A stretch of 64,000 nucleotides of DNA from an uncultured Planctomycetales bacterium (GCA_964648665.1 CAZYOA010000007.1:4943-68942); one strand, 5' to 3'. Shown: positions 45,293 through 55,510, counted from the stretch's first letter. Notes: generated by a model not told the origin, from the letters alone. Numbers and translations: made by a program.

Positions 45293-46488
45293 GTCAGAAA
45301 TTTCTTCGAACATTCAAAACAAAGATTTTAGATAAAAAGTCTAAGCCGATTATTCTAAGAGGTGTAAATTTAGGCGGATGGCTTATGATGGAGGGCTATA
45401 TCTTACATAGTCCAAATGAAGGTGTTCGAAAATTCAAAAGAAATTTCTCTTCTCATCTTGGTGATCAGGCTTTGAATTCTTTTGAGAAAGAATTTACTAA
45501 AGCATTTATTCAAGAAAAAGATATTAAAAATATTGCTTCTCTAGGGTTTAACTGTATTCGCTTGCCGTTTCATTATAAATTAATTGAAACAAAACCTTAT
45601 TGTTATAGTCAAAAAGGTTTAAAAGTTTTGGACAAGACTGTTGAGTGGGCAAAAAAGCATGGCTTGTATATTATTTTAGATTTGCATGCAGCTGTGGGAT
45701 GTCAAAATCATGATTGGCATTCAGATAGTCTTGGTAAGGCGGATTTGTGGAAAAGAGAAAGTTTTCAAAAACGCACAGTTGCGCTTTGGTCTTTTTTAGC
45801 TAAGCATTATGCTGATGATCCAACGATTGCTGGATACGATATTCTTAATGAAGCTGTTGTGCATGATAAAGAGAAATTAAATCAATTTTATCATCGAGTT
45901 ATTGAAGGTATCCGAGAGCACGATAAGAATCATATTTTATTTATTGAAGGAAATCTTTGGGCAACAGATATTTCCTGTCTAGATGATTTTGTTGATGACA
46001 ATATAGTTTTAAGTATTCATTTTTATCACCCTATTGATTTTGTTTTTAATTTTGTCCAGAACCAGTCGTATCCTTTAAAAAAGAATTGGGATAAAATAAT
46101 GCTTAAGAATATAGTCCAGACTTATGTAGATTTTGCGAAAAAAAGAAAATGTCCAGTTTTCGTAGGAGAGTTTGGGGTTAATTATCGATATAATGAATAT
46201 GGTGAGGTTGACTGGCTTAAATATGTGCTGAGCCTCTTTAAAAAACATCAATTTCATTGGACTTACTGGACATATAAAGCAATTAAGAATTCTTGCTTCC
46301 CTGATGGAGTGCTAAGTTATTATCCGAATAGTTCTTGGATTAATCGCCAGGGACCAAAAATGGGGTGGGAGACTTATAAGAGTTTGTGGTCATCGTCACG
46401 AAAGGAAATAATTCAATCTTGGGACACAAAGAATTTTGAACCCAATACAAAAGTTGTTTTAGCTCTTAAAAATGCCAAATCTAAATGA
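45289..46488 (+). CDS. glycoside hydrolase family 5 (cellulase-like)
   Basis: RGVNLGGWL, acid/base YDILNEA, nucleophile FVGEFG. TTG start overlaps the upstream TGA. Confidence 0.7.
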   Translation: MSQKFLRTFKTKILDKKSKPIILRGVNLGGWLMMEGYILHSPNEGVRKFKRNFSSHLGDQALNSFEKEFTKAFIQEKDIKNIASLGFNCIRLPFHYKLIETKPYCYSQKGLKVLDKTVEWAKKHGLYIILDLHAAVGCQNHDWHSDSLGKADLWKRESFQKRTVALWSFLAKHYADDPTIAGYDILNEAVVHDKEKLNQFYHRVIEGIREHDKNHILFIEGNLWATDISCLDDFVDDNIVLSIHFYHPIDFVFNFVQNQSYPLKKNWDKIMLKNIVQTYVDFAKKRKCPVFVGEFGVNYRYNEYGEVDWLKYVLSLFKKHQFHWTYWTYKAIKNSCFPDGVLSYYPNSSWINRQGPKMGWETYKSLWSSSRKEIIQSWDTKNFEPNTKVVLALKNAKSK

Positions 46489-47278
46489 AATAACAAGTTT
46501 TAGTAATCCTCGCGTCAAAGAAGTTGTTAAGCTGAGAGAGAGAAGTGTTCGCGATAAAATGAATCTCATGATTGTTGAGGGCCTTCGAGAAACTATGCGA
46601 GGATTCGACGCGGGCATTTATTTTAAAGATTTGTATTTCTCAAAGAATTTTTTTGAAGAAAACCAGCATGATAGTTTTATTCAGGAGGCTTGTTCATTAG
46701 TAGAAAATGTTTTCTTATTGAAAAAAGATATTTTTGAAAAAATTAGTTTTGGTAATCGAAAAGAGGGTATTCTTGCTATCTGTAAGCAACCTGAAGCTAA
46801 ATTCTCAGATCTTAAATTATCGTCTAATCCGTTGTTGGTTGTTGTTGAATCATTGGAGAAGCCAGGAAATTTAGGAGCTATTTTAAGAACATGTGACGGA
46901 GCTGGGGTTGAGGCTGTAATTGTTTGTGATGAAGTGGCAGATATCTATAATCCGAATGTGATTCGTTCAAGTACAGGTGTTATTTTCTCAGTTCCAGTTA
47001 TTAAAGCAAGTAGTCAAGAGACTGTTAAGTTTCTCAAAGAAAATAAAATAATAATTTGTGCTACTTTTTTAGGTTCTGAAAAAGAATATACAAAAATTAA
47101 TATGAAAAATCCTTTAGCTGTTGTTGCGGGAAGTGAGAAAAACGGGCTCGATGATTTCTGGCGTAATTCTGCAGATGAGATCGTATCTATTTCTATGCGC
47201 GGAAAAGCCGACTCGCTTAATGTCTCTGTCGCAACATCGATAATACTTTATGAAGCCATCCGACAAAGAAATATCTAA
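46472..47278 (+). CDS. SpoU/TrmH-family RNA 2'-O-methyltransferase
   Basis: EKPGNLGAILRTCDGAGV, ..AGSEKNGL.., LNVSVATSIILYE. Confidence 0.75.
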   Translation: MPNLNEITSFSNPRVKEVVKLRERSVRDKMNLMIVEGLRETMRGFDAGIYFKDLYFSKNFFEENQHDSFIQEACSLVENVFLLKKDIFEKISFGNRKEGILAICKQPEAKFSDLKLSSNPLLVVVESLEKPGNLGAILRTCDGAGVEAVIVCDEVADIYNPNVIRSSTGVIFSVPVIKASSQETVKFLKENKIIICATFLGSEKEYTKINMKNPLAVVAGSEKNGLDDFWRNSADEIVSISMRGKADSLNVSVATSIILYEAIRQRNI

Positions 47279-47984
47279 TATTCGTCTCCAGGTTTTTTTA
47301 TCGCGTTCCGGGGTATGTTCTCGACGAAAAGCAATGGAGCTTGTTCAGTCACAAAGGGTGTCGGTTAATGGACAAATTAATTGTGAGCCATCAACGCCGA
47401 TTGATCCTAGCAGAGATGTTGTGTACGTTGATCAGAAATTAATTAAAGGTCAGCATTATCAATATATTCTTTTAAATAAGCCAGCTGGATATACGACGAC
47501 TTCAAAAGATCCTTTTGCCAAAAAGACTGTTTTTGATCTTTTGCCAGAGAATCTTCGAAGTTTAAATCCTGTTGGGCGTTTAGATCGAGAAACAGAAGGA
47601 CTCCTTGTTTTTACAAATGATGGTGATTTGGCGTACAAGTTAACTCATCCAAAGTTTAACATTGATAAAGTTTACAAGGTTACAATTGTTGGAGCATTGA
47701 AATCAAAAACTCGCTTGTGCATTGAAGAAGGCATTGTTGTTGATGGAAAAAAGACTGCTCGATGCAATATCTTTGATGTTCAAACTTCGATAAACCAAAC
47801 GACGTTAGCAATTAAAATTCATGAAGGTCGAAAAAGACAAGTTCGCGTAATGTTTGGGAAGATGAAACATTATGTTCGGTATTTAAAGCGTGAAGAACAG
47901 GGACCTTTAAAATTGGGAACACTAAAATTAGGAAAATGGAGAGATTTGACATCTCAGGAAATAAAAAGCCTTAAAGAATTATGA
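47250..47984 (+). CDS. pseudouridine synthase (RsuA/RluB family) with S4 domain
   Basis: S4 region RLQVFLSRSGVCSRRKAMELV..VSVNG and catalytic GRLDRETEGLLVFTNDG. Confidence 0.8.
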   Translation: MKPSDKEISNIRLQVFLSRSGVCSRRKAMELVQSQRVSVNGQINCEPSTPIDPSRDVVYVDQKLIKGQHYQYILLNKPAGYTTTSKDPFAKKTVFDLLPENLRSLNPVGRLDRETEGLLVFTNDGDLAYKLTHPKFNIDKVYKVTIVGALKSKTRLCIEEGIVVDGKKTARCNIFDVQTSINQTTLAIKIHEGRKRQVRVMFGKMKHYVRYLKREEQGPLKLGTLKLGKWRDLTSQEIKSLKEL

Positions 47985-49921
47985 TTACAATTACAAATCT
48001 TTCAAAGAATTTTACAAATCGAACATTATTCAATGATGTTTCGATTAGCATTTATCCAAACGAGAAAATTGGTCTTACGGGACCAAATGGTTCAGGAAAA
48101 ACAACTTTGTTCTCGATCATTCGAGGAGAGATGGAGCCAACGGGCGGAGAGATCCAGATGCAAAAGAATTTAAATATTGGTTATTTGCCTCAAGAAGCCT
48201 CTTTTGATTCTAAGCGAACCGTCTTAGAAGAATTAACATCTGGTGATGATCGAATGATTGCGCTGAAGAAAGAAAAAAGAAATTTAGAAGATTCGAATAA
48301 GGCAGACACGATGCGATATGGGGATGTTTTGCATCAGCTTGAAGAGCTTGGAATTTATGAACTAGAGCATCGGGCAGAAAAGATTTTAGCTGGACTTGGA
48401 TTTCAACAAAGTGATTTTCATAAACCTGTTAGTCATCTTAGTGGTGGCTGGCAGATGCGAACACTTTTGGCAAAGCTTTTGGCGTATCAATACGATATTC
48501 TTTTATTAGATGAGCCTACAAATTATTTAGATCTAAATGCAACGCTTTGGCTAAAAGATTTCTTAAGTCATTACAAAGGAACATTTGTTATGATTTCGCA
48601 TGATAAAATCTTTTTAGATGATGTCACCAATTATAATATTGTTCTTGAAAATGCGCGCATTGTAAAAGTTAAGGGTAATTATACAGAATATGAAGAACAA
48701 AAAGGTCAGCAAGAAGTTAGTCTTGAAAAAAGACAAAGAATAATTGAAAAGAAGAGACAGCAGCTAGAGCGATTTTGTGAACGTTTTCATGCGCAGCCAA
48801 ATCGAGCTTCAGCGGTTCGCAATAAGCGTAAAATGATTGAGCGTATGGAAAACATCGAGATTGATTATAAGCGAAGAAGTATTAAGGATTTTGAGTTTTC
48901 TGACATCGATCGAAGTGGGTATAATGTTATTAATCTTGATAAAGTTTCTAAGTCTTACGGAGAAACAAAAGTTTATGAAAATTTAGATTTCGAGATTATA
49001 AGAGGACAGCGTGTTTGTTTGGTTGGAGAAAATGGCGCCGGAAAGTCAACGCTGTTAAAGATACTGGCTAATACTATTTCTGCTGATACGGGTACTCGAC
49101 GGTTAGGTCACAACGTGGATCTTGGGTATTTCTCACAAACCCGGCTAGATGTTCTAAATCCAATGAGCACTGTCTTAGATGAGGTCTCAGCAAGTGCGCA
49201 GGGAAAAGTTCGAGCGCAAGAAGTGCGAAGCTTGTTAGGACTTTTCAATTTTCATGATGATGATGTTTTTAAAACGGTTCGAGTCTTGTCTGGAGGAGAA
49301 AAAAGTCGCGTTATTCTCGCAAAGCTTTTAGTTGATCCGCCTAATTTTATCTTATTGGATGAGCCAACAACGCATTTGGATATTGATGGAGTTGAAGCGT
49401 TAACAAGAGCATTTCAGGCTTATGATGGCACATTGTGTTTTATTAGTCATGATTTATTCTTTGTTAAAGAAATTGCAAATCATGTTGTTGAAGTTGATTG
49501 TGGAAAGGTAAAGCAATTTCATGGAGGATTAGATTATTATCTTGAAAAAAGAATTGTAGAAGATGAAAAACAGGTTAAAGAAAAGAAGCAGATAAAATTA
49601 GAGAAGAAGAAAGAAAAAGAACAGAAAAAGAAACAAAGAAATGTAAGTTCCGTGATTGATGAGCTTCATAAGAAGCATAAACAAGCATTAAAAAAAGTTG
49701 CTGATAATAAAAAAGAAATTCAGAAGTTAGAAAAAGAAAAGATGGATCTGGAAACAGAAAACTATATAAAAGCGCGCGTTCTTTCCGAGCCTCATAGCCA
49801 AAGAAATAGTGAAACACTTAAGGAATTTGGTAGGCGTTTAAAATTTATTCAAAAACGCACTCGAGAAATTGAGATATTGATAAAGTCTCTGAAAAAAGAG
49901 AATAGGGAAATTAAAGGTTAA
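47981..49921 (+). CDS. ABC-F family ATPase (two ABC domains, no TMD) with charged coiled-coil tail
   Basis: Walker A GPNGSGKTT and GENGAGKST, signatures LSGGWQ and LSGGEK, Walker B LLLDEPTNYLD and ILLDEPTTHLD. Confidence 0.85.
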   Translation: MITITNLSKNFTNRTLFNDVSISIYPNEKIGLTGPNGSGKTTLFSIIRGEMEPTGGEIQMQKNLNIGYLPQEASFDSKRTVLEELTSGDDRMIALKKEKRNLEDSNKADTMRYGDVLHQLEELGIYELEHRAEKILAGLGFQQSDFHKPVSHLSGGWQMRTLLAKLLAYQYDILLLDEPTNYLDLNATLWLKDFLSHYKGTFVMISHDKIFLDDVTNYNIVLENARIVKVKGNYTEYEEQKGQQEVSLEKRQRIIEKKRQQLERFCERFHAQPNRASAVRNKRKMIERMENIEIDYKRRSIKDFEFSDIDRSGYNVINLDKVSKSYGETKVYENLDFEIIRGQRVCLVGENGAGKSTLLKILANTISADTGTRRLGHNVDLGYFSQTRLDVLNPMSTVLDEVSASAQGKVRAQEVRSLLGLFNFHDDDVFKTVRVLSGGEKSRVILAKLLVDPPNFILLDEPTTHLDIDGVEALTRAFQAYDGTLCFISHDLFFVKEIANHVVEVDCGKVKQFHGGLDYYLEKRIVEDEKQVKEKKQIKLEKKKEKEQKKKQRNVSSVIDELHKKHKQALKKVADNKKEIQKLEKEKMDLETENYIKARVLSEPHSQRNSETLKEFGRRLKFIQKRTREIEILIKSLKKENREIKG

Positions 49922-50173
49922 ATGAAATTAAAAGTTGATCTTCATCATATTTTCTCAGACGGTAAAGAGCTTCAAAAAACATTAACAGATATCATGTCTC
50001 AAGCTCAGGCTAAACGCGTTAAACTTGTTGAAATTATTCCTGGAAAAGGTTCCGGACAGCTTAAAAAACATGTATTAAGATTTCTGGAAAAAAACTACAA
50101 AAACGTTTATCATAGGATAGAGAAGGATGATAAAAACTGGGGACGAATCTTTGTCCATTTTCGTTTTAAATAA
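49922..50173 (+). CDS. Smr-domain protein
   Basis: VDLHH..A...L..., ..VEIIPGKGSGQLKKHVLRFL.. matches the Smr core (LDLHG..IIHGKG.G.L). Confidence 0.55.
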   Translation: MKLKVDLHHIFSDGKELQKTLTDIMSQAQAKRVKLVEIIPGKGSGQLKKHVLRFLEKNYKNVYHRIEKDDKNWGRIFVHFRFK

Positions 50174-50183
50174 AGGATTTTCG

Positions 50184-50570
50184 ATGCGCATTATTCTATC
50201 TATTTGTTTGATTGTATTTTTATCTTCAGGGTGTAGTTTTCTGCATGCGGAAGAATTGTTCCGACTTAAATCTGCGGGTGCTAACATGGCTGGTCAGCAG
50301 AAATATGTAACTGCAAAGGATGTTCAATTTGAAAAACTTCTTAAAGCGATCAAGGAAGATGAGATATCAGAATATAAAACAAAAAAAGATTTTAGTGATC
50401 AGTTTGGTGATCCTATATTTAAGAAAAAACCTTTGAATCTAGAAGAGTATTCGCAGCTGTGGCTTTATCGTTATTGCGATAAGATATATGGTTCAGAAAA
50501 AGTATATTTGTATTTTGGTGATGCAGGAAACTTGATTAAATGGGAACATCGAAACGCGAAGTCTCAATAA
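50184..50570 (+). CDS. lipoprotein, unknown function
   Basis: MRIILSICLIVFLSSGCSF lipobox. ATG 50184 is preferred to the track start 50127, which overlaps the Smr gene. Confidence 0.5.
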   Translation: MRIILSICLIVFLSSGCSFLHAEELFRLKSAGANMAGQQKYVTAKDVQFEKLLKAIKEDEISEYKTKKDFSDQFGDPIFKKKPLNLEEYSQLWLYRYCDKIYGSEKVYLYFGDAGNLIKWEHRNAKSQ

Positions 50571-51205
50571 GGAAGATTTATCAAAAACTCTATTCAAGCC
50601 TTGGTCCTCAAGGCTGGTGGCCTGCCAAAACACGCCTTGAAGTTATTATCGGCGCAATCCTTGTCCAGAACACGAACTGGAATAACACAAAAAAAGCAAT
50701 TGAGAATTTACGATTACATCGACTTTTATCTTTAAAAGAATTAAGGGCAATTGATCAAAAGAATATTTCTTTTTTGATTCGATCATCAGGCTATTTTCGG
50801 ATGAAAGCAAAGAGATTAAAAAATTTTGTTGATTTTCTTTTTAAAGAATTTGATGGAAGCTTAAATGCAATGGCAAGACGAGAGACGGGAGAATTGCGTG
50901 AAAAACTTTTAAGCATTAATGGAGTTGGTCCAGAGACTGCCGATTCAATTCTTTTGTATGCTTTTAAGAAACCTGTTTTCGTTGTCGATACATATACAGA
51001 AAGAATTTTTTCTAGACATGGATTCTTTAAAGAAAAAATTAGCTACCAGGTTCTCCAAGATTTATTCTTAAAGAACCTAATAGCTGATGTTGACGTATTT
51101 AATGAGTATCATGCATTGATAGTTTATGTGGGTAAAACTTTTTGCAAAGCAAGAAACCCTTTATGTGAAAAGTGTCCTTTAAGAAGTTTTTCTCATGCAA
51201 TCTAG
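50540..51205 (+). CDS. HhH-GPD superfamily base-excision glycosylase (endonuclease III-related)
   Basis: ..INGVGPETADSILLYAF..PVFVVDTYTERIF.. HhH-GPD core and C-terminal Cys cluster CKARNPLCEKCPL. Confidence 0.7.
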   Translation: MGTSKREVSIRKIYQKLYSSLGPQGWWPAKTRLEVIIGAILVQNTNWNNTKKAIENLRLHRLLSLKELRAIDQKNISFLIRSSGYFRMKAKRLKNFVDFLFKEFDGSLNAMARRETGELREKLLSINGVGPETADSILLYAFKKPVFVVDTYTERIFSRHGFFKEKISYQVLQDLFLKNLIADVDVFNEYHALIVYVGKTFCKARNPLCEKCPLRSFSHAI

Positions 51206-51735
51206 ACTGTAACAGTTTCGCTGACAAAGGATGTGCAGTGTTCTCTTAAAACATCTCTTAAATGTTCATCAAATAAAATAACATTTTTATATATTGTTTC
51301 GCCACGCGACATGTTTTTCTTTGATGAGCGAAGCGTTTGTGCTTTAAAAAGATGTGATGTCTTAGACCGTTGATTTGAGAAATTAATTCTGATTTCCAGG
51401 GAAGAGACATCTTTTAAGCAAAGACGTGTTTCACAGCAAAGTCCTAAAAGACTGATGTTGGTTGAAGATGTTTTGATGACGATGTCGTTAAACATAATCT
51501 CAATAGGAAAATTTACGCTAAATCGACGATAGCGTCTTTTTTCTACAAAAACATCAATGTCGTTAGAGGTTCCTAGTCGAGCTAGCTTCCAAGTGTTTCC
51601 ATAGTTTTTAACCCAATCAACAGCTGCTGTTGCAAATCCAATTTCTTTTTTATATTTTTCGCTCTCAATCCATTTATGTTTTCGAATTTCCATAAGCGCT
51701 AAGCTATCTTTTAAAAATGAATATTTCTTTTTCAT
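51202..51735 (-). CDS. PilZ-domain (c-di-GMP binding) protein
   Basis: RRYRRF (RxxxR) and NISLLGL (D/NxSxxG) motifs in the C-terminal half. Confidence 0.55.
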   Translation of the reverse strand: MKKKYSFLKDSLALMEIRKHKWIESEKYKKEIGFATAAVDWVKNYGNTWKLARLGTSNDIDVFVEKRRYRRFSVNFPIEIMFNDIVIKTSSTNISLLGLCCETRLCLKDVSSLEIRINFSNQRSKTSHLFKAQTLRSSKKNMSRGETIYKNVILFDEHLRDVLREHCTSFVSETVTV

Positions 51736-51875
51736 TCTTCACCCTCCTGAAGTTATCTTAATAAATTGTAAGCAATGATTATAGCAATCAAAAGAGTGAA
51801 TTCAAGTTCTAAAACAAATATTTTCAAAAATTTCGTTTAACGTTTATAATAAGTAAACAAAAAAAAGGAGGATGT

Positions 51876-52025
51876 ATGATGTGTCCAATGATGGGTGATC
51901 CAAAAGTGATGGCGTGCATGATGTTTTTAAAGCTTGCACTGATATTGTGGATTCTGTATGCACCGATGATGGTCGTTCGCAGGCTTGATCAGATTCTAAA
52001 ATTGATGCAAGAAGATAAAAAATAG
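51876..52025 (+). CDS. 49-aa Met/Cys-rich single-TM micro-protein (not in ORF track)
   Basis: SD AAGGAGG (51865-51871). Sequence MMCPMMGDPKVMACMMFLKLALILWILYAPMMVVRRLDQILKLMQEDKK. Stop is 5 nt before the dinB ATG. The 72-aa minus-strand track ORF here is its antisense shadow. Confidence 0.4.
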   Translation: MMCPMMGDPKVMACMMFLKLALILWILYAPMMVVRRLDQILKLMQEDKK

Positions 52026-52030
52026 TTTTG

Positions 52031-53191
52031 ATGTTGGCACACACTATTGTGCATATCGACATGGATGCTTTTTTTGCCGCTATTGAACAAGTGGATAATC
52101 CAAGCCTAAAAGGAAAGCCTGTTGTTATTGGCGCAGATCCGAAGAAAGGGCAAGGTCGCGGTGTTGTTTCGACGTGTTCTTACGAGGCAAGAAAGTTTGG
52201 CATTCATTCGGCTATGCCTATCTCCAAGGCTTACCAGAAATGTCCGCATGCAATATTTTTACCGGGCAGGATGTCTCGGTATCATGAGATGTCAGAGCGC
52301 ATTTTTAAGATTTTATATGATTTTACGCCTGATGTAGAACCGATTAGCGTTGATGAGGCGTTTTTAGATATTACGGGAACAGAGCGAATCCACGGTCCTG
52401 CGCTAGACGCAGGCCTTAAGATTAAAAAAAGCATTAAAGAGAAAACAGGCTTGATTGCTTCTGTGGGAATTGCACCCATTAAGATGGCTGCAAAGATTGC
52501 ATCTGACCTTTGTAAGCCAGACGGCATTCTTGAGATTAAGAAGGATCATCTGATAGATTTTTTGTGGCCTTTACCTATTGAAAAACTTTGGGGCGTAGGA
52601 CCAAAGACAAAGGCAATTTTAAATGGCCTGGGCATTAAAACAATTCGAGATCTTGCGCATCATGAAAGAGAAGATCTTTGTCAGAAGCTAGGAGAGACAG
52701 GCGATCATCTTTATTGTCTTTCTCACGGCATCGATCAGCGCTCTGTTGAGTTTAATGATGAAGTAAAGTCTGTGAGTCATGAGCATACTTTTCAGCATGA
52801 TACGAGTGACAAGGAAGTCTTGCATAGAACGTTTTTATATTTAAGTGAAAAAGTTTCAAGACGTCTTCGTGTTGAGAAATTAAGGGGTAAGACAATTACG
52901 ATTAAAGTACGTTATGAGGGATTTAAGACGTATACGCGCGCAGTAACTCTTTCAGTGTCGACAAATTTTATTGATGATATTTATTCAAATGCTCGAAATT
53001 TGTTTGAAGGATTTTACACAGCCGCTAATAAAGTGAGGTTGCTTGGTGTAAGAGTTTCAAATTTTAAAGAATTGTATATTCAAGATAGCTTATTTAAAGA
53101 GAATGCTAAAGAAAAGAAAGAGCGTATTCACAAGGCTGTTGATTTGATTAAGAATAAGTATGGAGAGAAATCAATTCATCGAGCAATATAA
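52031..53191 (+). CDS. dinB: DNA polymerase IV (Y-family)
   Basis: IVHIDMDAFFAAIEQ, ..VVSTCSYEARKFGIHSAM.., SVDEAFLD, GVGPKT. Confidence 0.9.
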   Translation: MLAHTIVHIDMDAFFAAIEQVDNPSLKGKPVVIGADPKKGQGRGVVSTCSYEARKFGIHSAMPISKAYQKCPHAIFLPGRMSRYHEMSERIFKILYDFTPDVEPISVDEAFLDITGTERIHGPALDAGLKIKKSIKEKTGLIASVGIAPIKMAAKIASDLCKPDGILEIKKDHLIDFLWPLPIEKLWGVGPKTKAILNGLGIKTIRDLAHHEREDLCQKLGETGDHLYCLSHGIDQRSVEFNDEVKSVSHEHTFQHDTSDKEVLHRTFLYLSEKVSRRLRVEKLRGKTITIKVRYEGFKTYTRAVTLSVSTNFIDDIYSNARNLFEGFYTAANKVRLLGVRVSNFKELYIQDSLFKENAKEKKERIHKAVDLIKNKYGEKSIHRAI

Positions 53192-53236
53192 AAAATTCTT
53201 TACAGAGATAATGAGTTTAAGGATACTATAGGGGCT

Positions 53237-53617
53237 ATGAAGAACATTGTTATTCGAATAAGAGATTTAGAGTTTAAGGGAAAGTTAAATGGATCGCAAG
53301 CTGCCGGACAGGTTTGGGATGCTTTGCCAATTAAGTCATTTACAAGTCTTTGGGGACAAGAAGTTTATTTTCAGATTCCAGTTAAATGTGAACTTGAACA
53401 GGGATTTTCGTCTGAAACAGTAGAAATTGGAGATCTTGGATATTGGCCAGAAGGAGATTGCTTTTGTATATTCTTTGGATCTACGCCAATTAGTAAACCT
53501 GGCGAGATTCGCTCTGCTAGTTCTGTTAATATTATTGGAAAAATTGAGGGTGACTGGCAAAAGTTAAATTCTGTTAAAGAAAACGAAATGGTTTTAGTTG
53601 AAGAAGACGATTTATAA
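53237..53617 (+). CDS. cyclophilin-like-fold protein (DUF3830/TM1367-like)
   Basis: ..FKGKLNGSQAAGQVWDALP..WGQEVYF..GDLGYWPEGDCFCIFFG.. pattern of that family, recognised by eye only. Confidence 0.45.
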   Translation: MKNIVIRIRDLEFKGKLNGSQAAGQVWDALPIKSFTSLWGQEVYFQIPVKCELEQGFSSETVEIGDLGYWPEGDCFCIFFGSTPISKPGEIRSASSVNIIGKIEGDWQKLNSVKENEMVLVEEDDL

Positions 53618-53631
53618 AATAAAGGAGTGGT

Positions 53632-54720
53632 ATGGAAATTTCTCTGTGGGTTTTGTTAGGTTCGATTTTTGCTATTGTTGTTTCTTTTGGAGCAACCATA
53701 TTAATTTTAAAAGAAATTATTCGAAAAGAAGTTCGTCAAGAGTTTGACTTTTCTCGAGGACAGCTAGAAGAGAAATCAGTTGCTGAGATGGAAATTAAGA
53801 AACAGGCTGTTGAGCATTCAGTTAAAGATTTAAAGGATTCTATTGAAAAATACTCACAACTTGTTCACCGATTTGAAAAAGACCGAGATGAAAAATATGG
53901 AAGTCTTGCGAATGAGCTTAAGAATACTTCTCAGGTGACATTAAAGCTGCAGGAAACAACGAATCAGCTTACTAACGTTTTAGGAAATAATCAAAAAAGA
54001 GGGGAATGGGGCGAACGGATGGCTCAAGACATTATTGAGCTTTGTGGCTTGCGTGAAGGTATCAATTATAAAAAGCAGGCAAAAATTGATTCTTCTGGCA
54101 CGAAACCAGATTATACATTTTTGCTTCCTAACAAACATAAAATTAATATGGACGTTAAGTTTCCATTGAGCAATTATCGAGAAATGGTTAATACTGAAGA
54201 CGCAAATCAAAAGGAATTGTATAAAAAACAATTTTTATCTGATGTTAAGCAACGTTTAAAAGAGATTCGAAGCCGTTCGTATATTAATCCATCTGAAGGA
54301 ACTTTAGATTTTGTGCTGGTATTTATTCCCAATGAACAAGTTTTTGGATTTATTCAAGAAAGTTTTCCCTTTATGATGGATGAAGCTTTGAAACAAAAGG
54401 TTGTTTTGTGTTCGCCGTTTACTTTGTATTCTATGCTTTCTGTAATTCGTCAAGCATTTGAAAATTTTTATTACGAAAAAGCGACAAAAGAAATTATTCG
54501 CATGATTGATCTTTTTGTAAAGACGTATGCAACATTTAAAGATCGATTTACCGCTCTTGGCGAGTCGATGAAAAAGACAGTTCATTTATATGCTGATATC
54601 CGCGATAAAAGTTTTAAGAATTTAGATACAAAGATTAATCGTATTGAAGATTTTAAAAAAGGAAAAATGTCTTCTTCGGACGAACCGGGTGCGATTGAAT
54701 TGAATCAAGAAGTGGAATAG
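53632..54720 (+). CDS. rmuC: DNA recombination protein RmuC
   Basis: N-terminal TM helix, coiled coil, ..KRGEWGERMAQDIIELCGL..YKKQ.., ..DFVLVFIPNEQVF.. nuclease-like core. Confidence 0.8.
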   Translation: MEISLWVLLGSIFAIVVSFGATILILKEIIRKEVRQEFDFSRGQLEEKSVAEMEIKKQAVEHSVKDLKDSIEKYSQLVHRFEKDRDEKYGSLANELKNTSQVTLKLQETTNQLTNVLGNNQKRGEWGERMAQDIIELCGLREGINYKKQAKIDSSGTKPDYTFLLPNKHKINMDVKFPLSNYREMVNTEDANQKELYKKQFLSDVKQRLKEIRSRSYINPSEGTLDFVLVFIPNEQVFGFIQESFPFMMDEALKQKVVLCSPFTLYSMLSVIRQAFENFYYEKATKEIIRMIDLFVKTYATFKDRFTALGESMKKTVHLYADIRDKSFKNLDTKINRIEDFKKGKMSSSDEPGAIELNQEVE

Positions 54721-54722
54721 TT

Positions 54723-55430
54723 ATGGCAATTGTTTTCTATTTAAAATCTTTTCCTAAACATCTCTCTGCCTTTACTACAGATAATCAATGTGATTTCTTT
54801 TTTGATAAAAGTACGCCAAGATTGTCTTTATGTCAAAAAAGGTTTCTAGCGAGAAATAAAATTAAAGATATAGAGAATCTCTATAATATTCAGCAGATTC
54901 ATGGAAAGCGAGTTGTTTGCGTAAAGAAAAAAGATTTTAATAATCAAAAACAAATTCCTAAAGCTGATGCATTAATCACGAATGATTTAAACGTTGCTTT
55001 AGCGGTGCGCACAGCAGATTGTATTCCTTTATTTTTATTTGACCCTAAGCATAAGGCGATTGGCCTTGTTCATGGTGGATGGAAATCTGTTAAGAAGGAG
55101 ATTGTTAAATCTACTGTTAAGGAAATGAGTAAAAAATATCAAACAAATCCAAAGGATTTGAGAGTTGCTTTTGGTCCGTCTGTTCGTAAGTGTTGCTTTG
55201 AGGTTAAGGAAAAGTTTTCAAGAAATTTTCCTGAAGAATATTTTAAAAAAGATAATAAATATTATGTCGATCTTATTGCTGTGGCTAAAAAACAACTGAG
55301 CTGTCTTGGTGTTCAGGAAAGAAATATATTTGATTCGAATATTTGCACATGTTGTGATAAAAAGTTTTTTTCATACAGAAGAGGGGATGTTGCTTCTGGG
55401 CGAATGGTTTCAGTTTTCATGCTCACTTAA
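54723..55430 (+). CDS. pgeF: YfiH/PgeF-family (polyphenol-oxidase-like, peptidoglycan editing factor) protein
   Basis: ..RTADCIPLFLFD..GLVHGGWKS.., C-terminal CTCCDKKFFSYRR. Confidence 0.8.
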   Translation: MAIVFYLKSFPKHLSAFTTDNQCDFFFDKSTPRLSLCQKRFLARNKIKDIENLYNIQQIHGKRVVCVKKKDFNNQKQIPKADALITNDLNVALAVRTADCIPLFLFDPKHKAIGLVHGGWKSVKKEIVKSTVKEMSKKYQTNPKDLRVAFGPSVRKCCFEVKEKFSRNFPEEYFKKDNKYYVDLIAVAKKQLSCLGVQERNIFDSNICTCCDKKFFSYRRGDVASGRMVSVFMLT

Positions 55431-55510
55431 GGCTAAATAACAGATAAATATTTTGTAAAATATTAACTTTAAGTTAGAATAAGGCACAGTACATTTTGGT
55501 ATAAGGAATT

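Noticed and set aside
49560-49760. Nucleotide-level AAG/GAA-rich repetitiveness, considered as a tandem repeat.
   Set aside because: It encodes the Lys/Glu-rich coiled-coil tail of the ABC-F ATPase (..KEKKQIKLEKKKEKEQKKKQ..). This is compositional bias, not a DNA repeat element.
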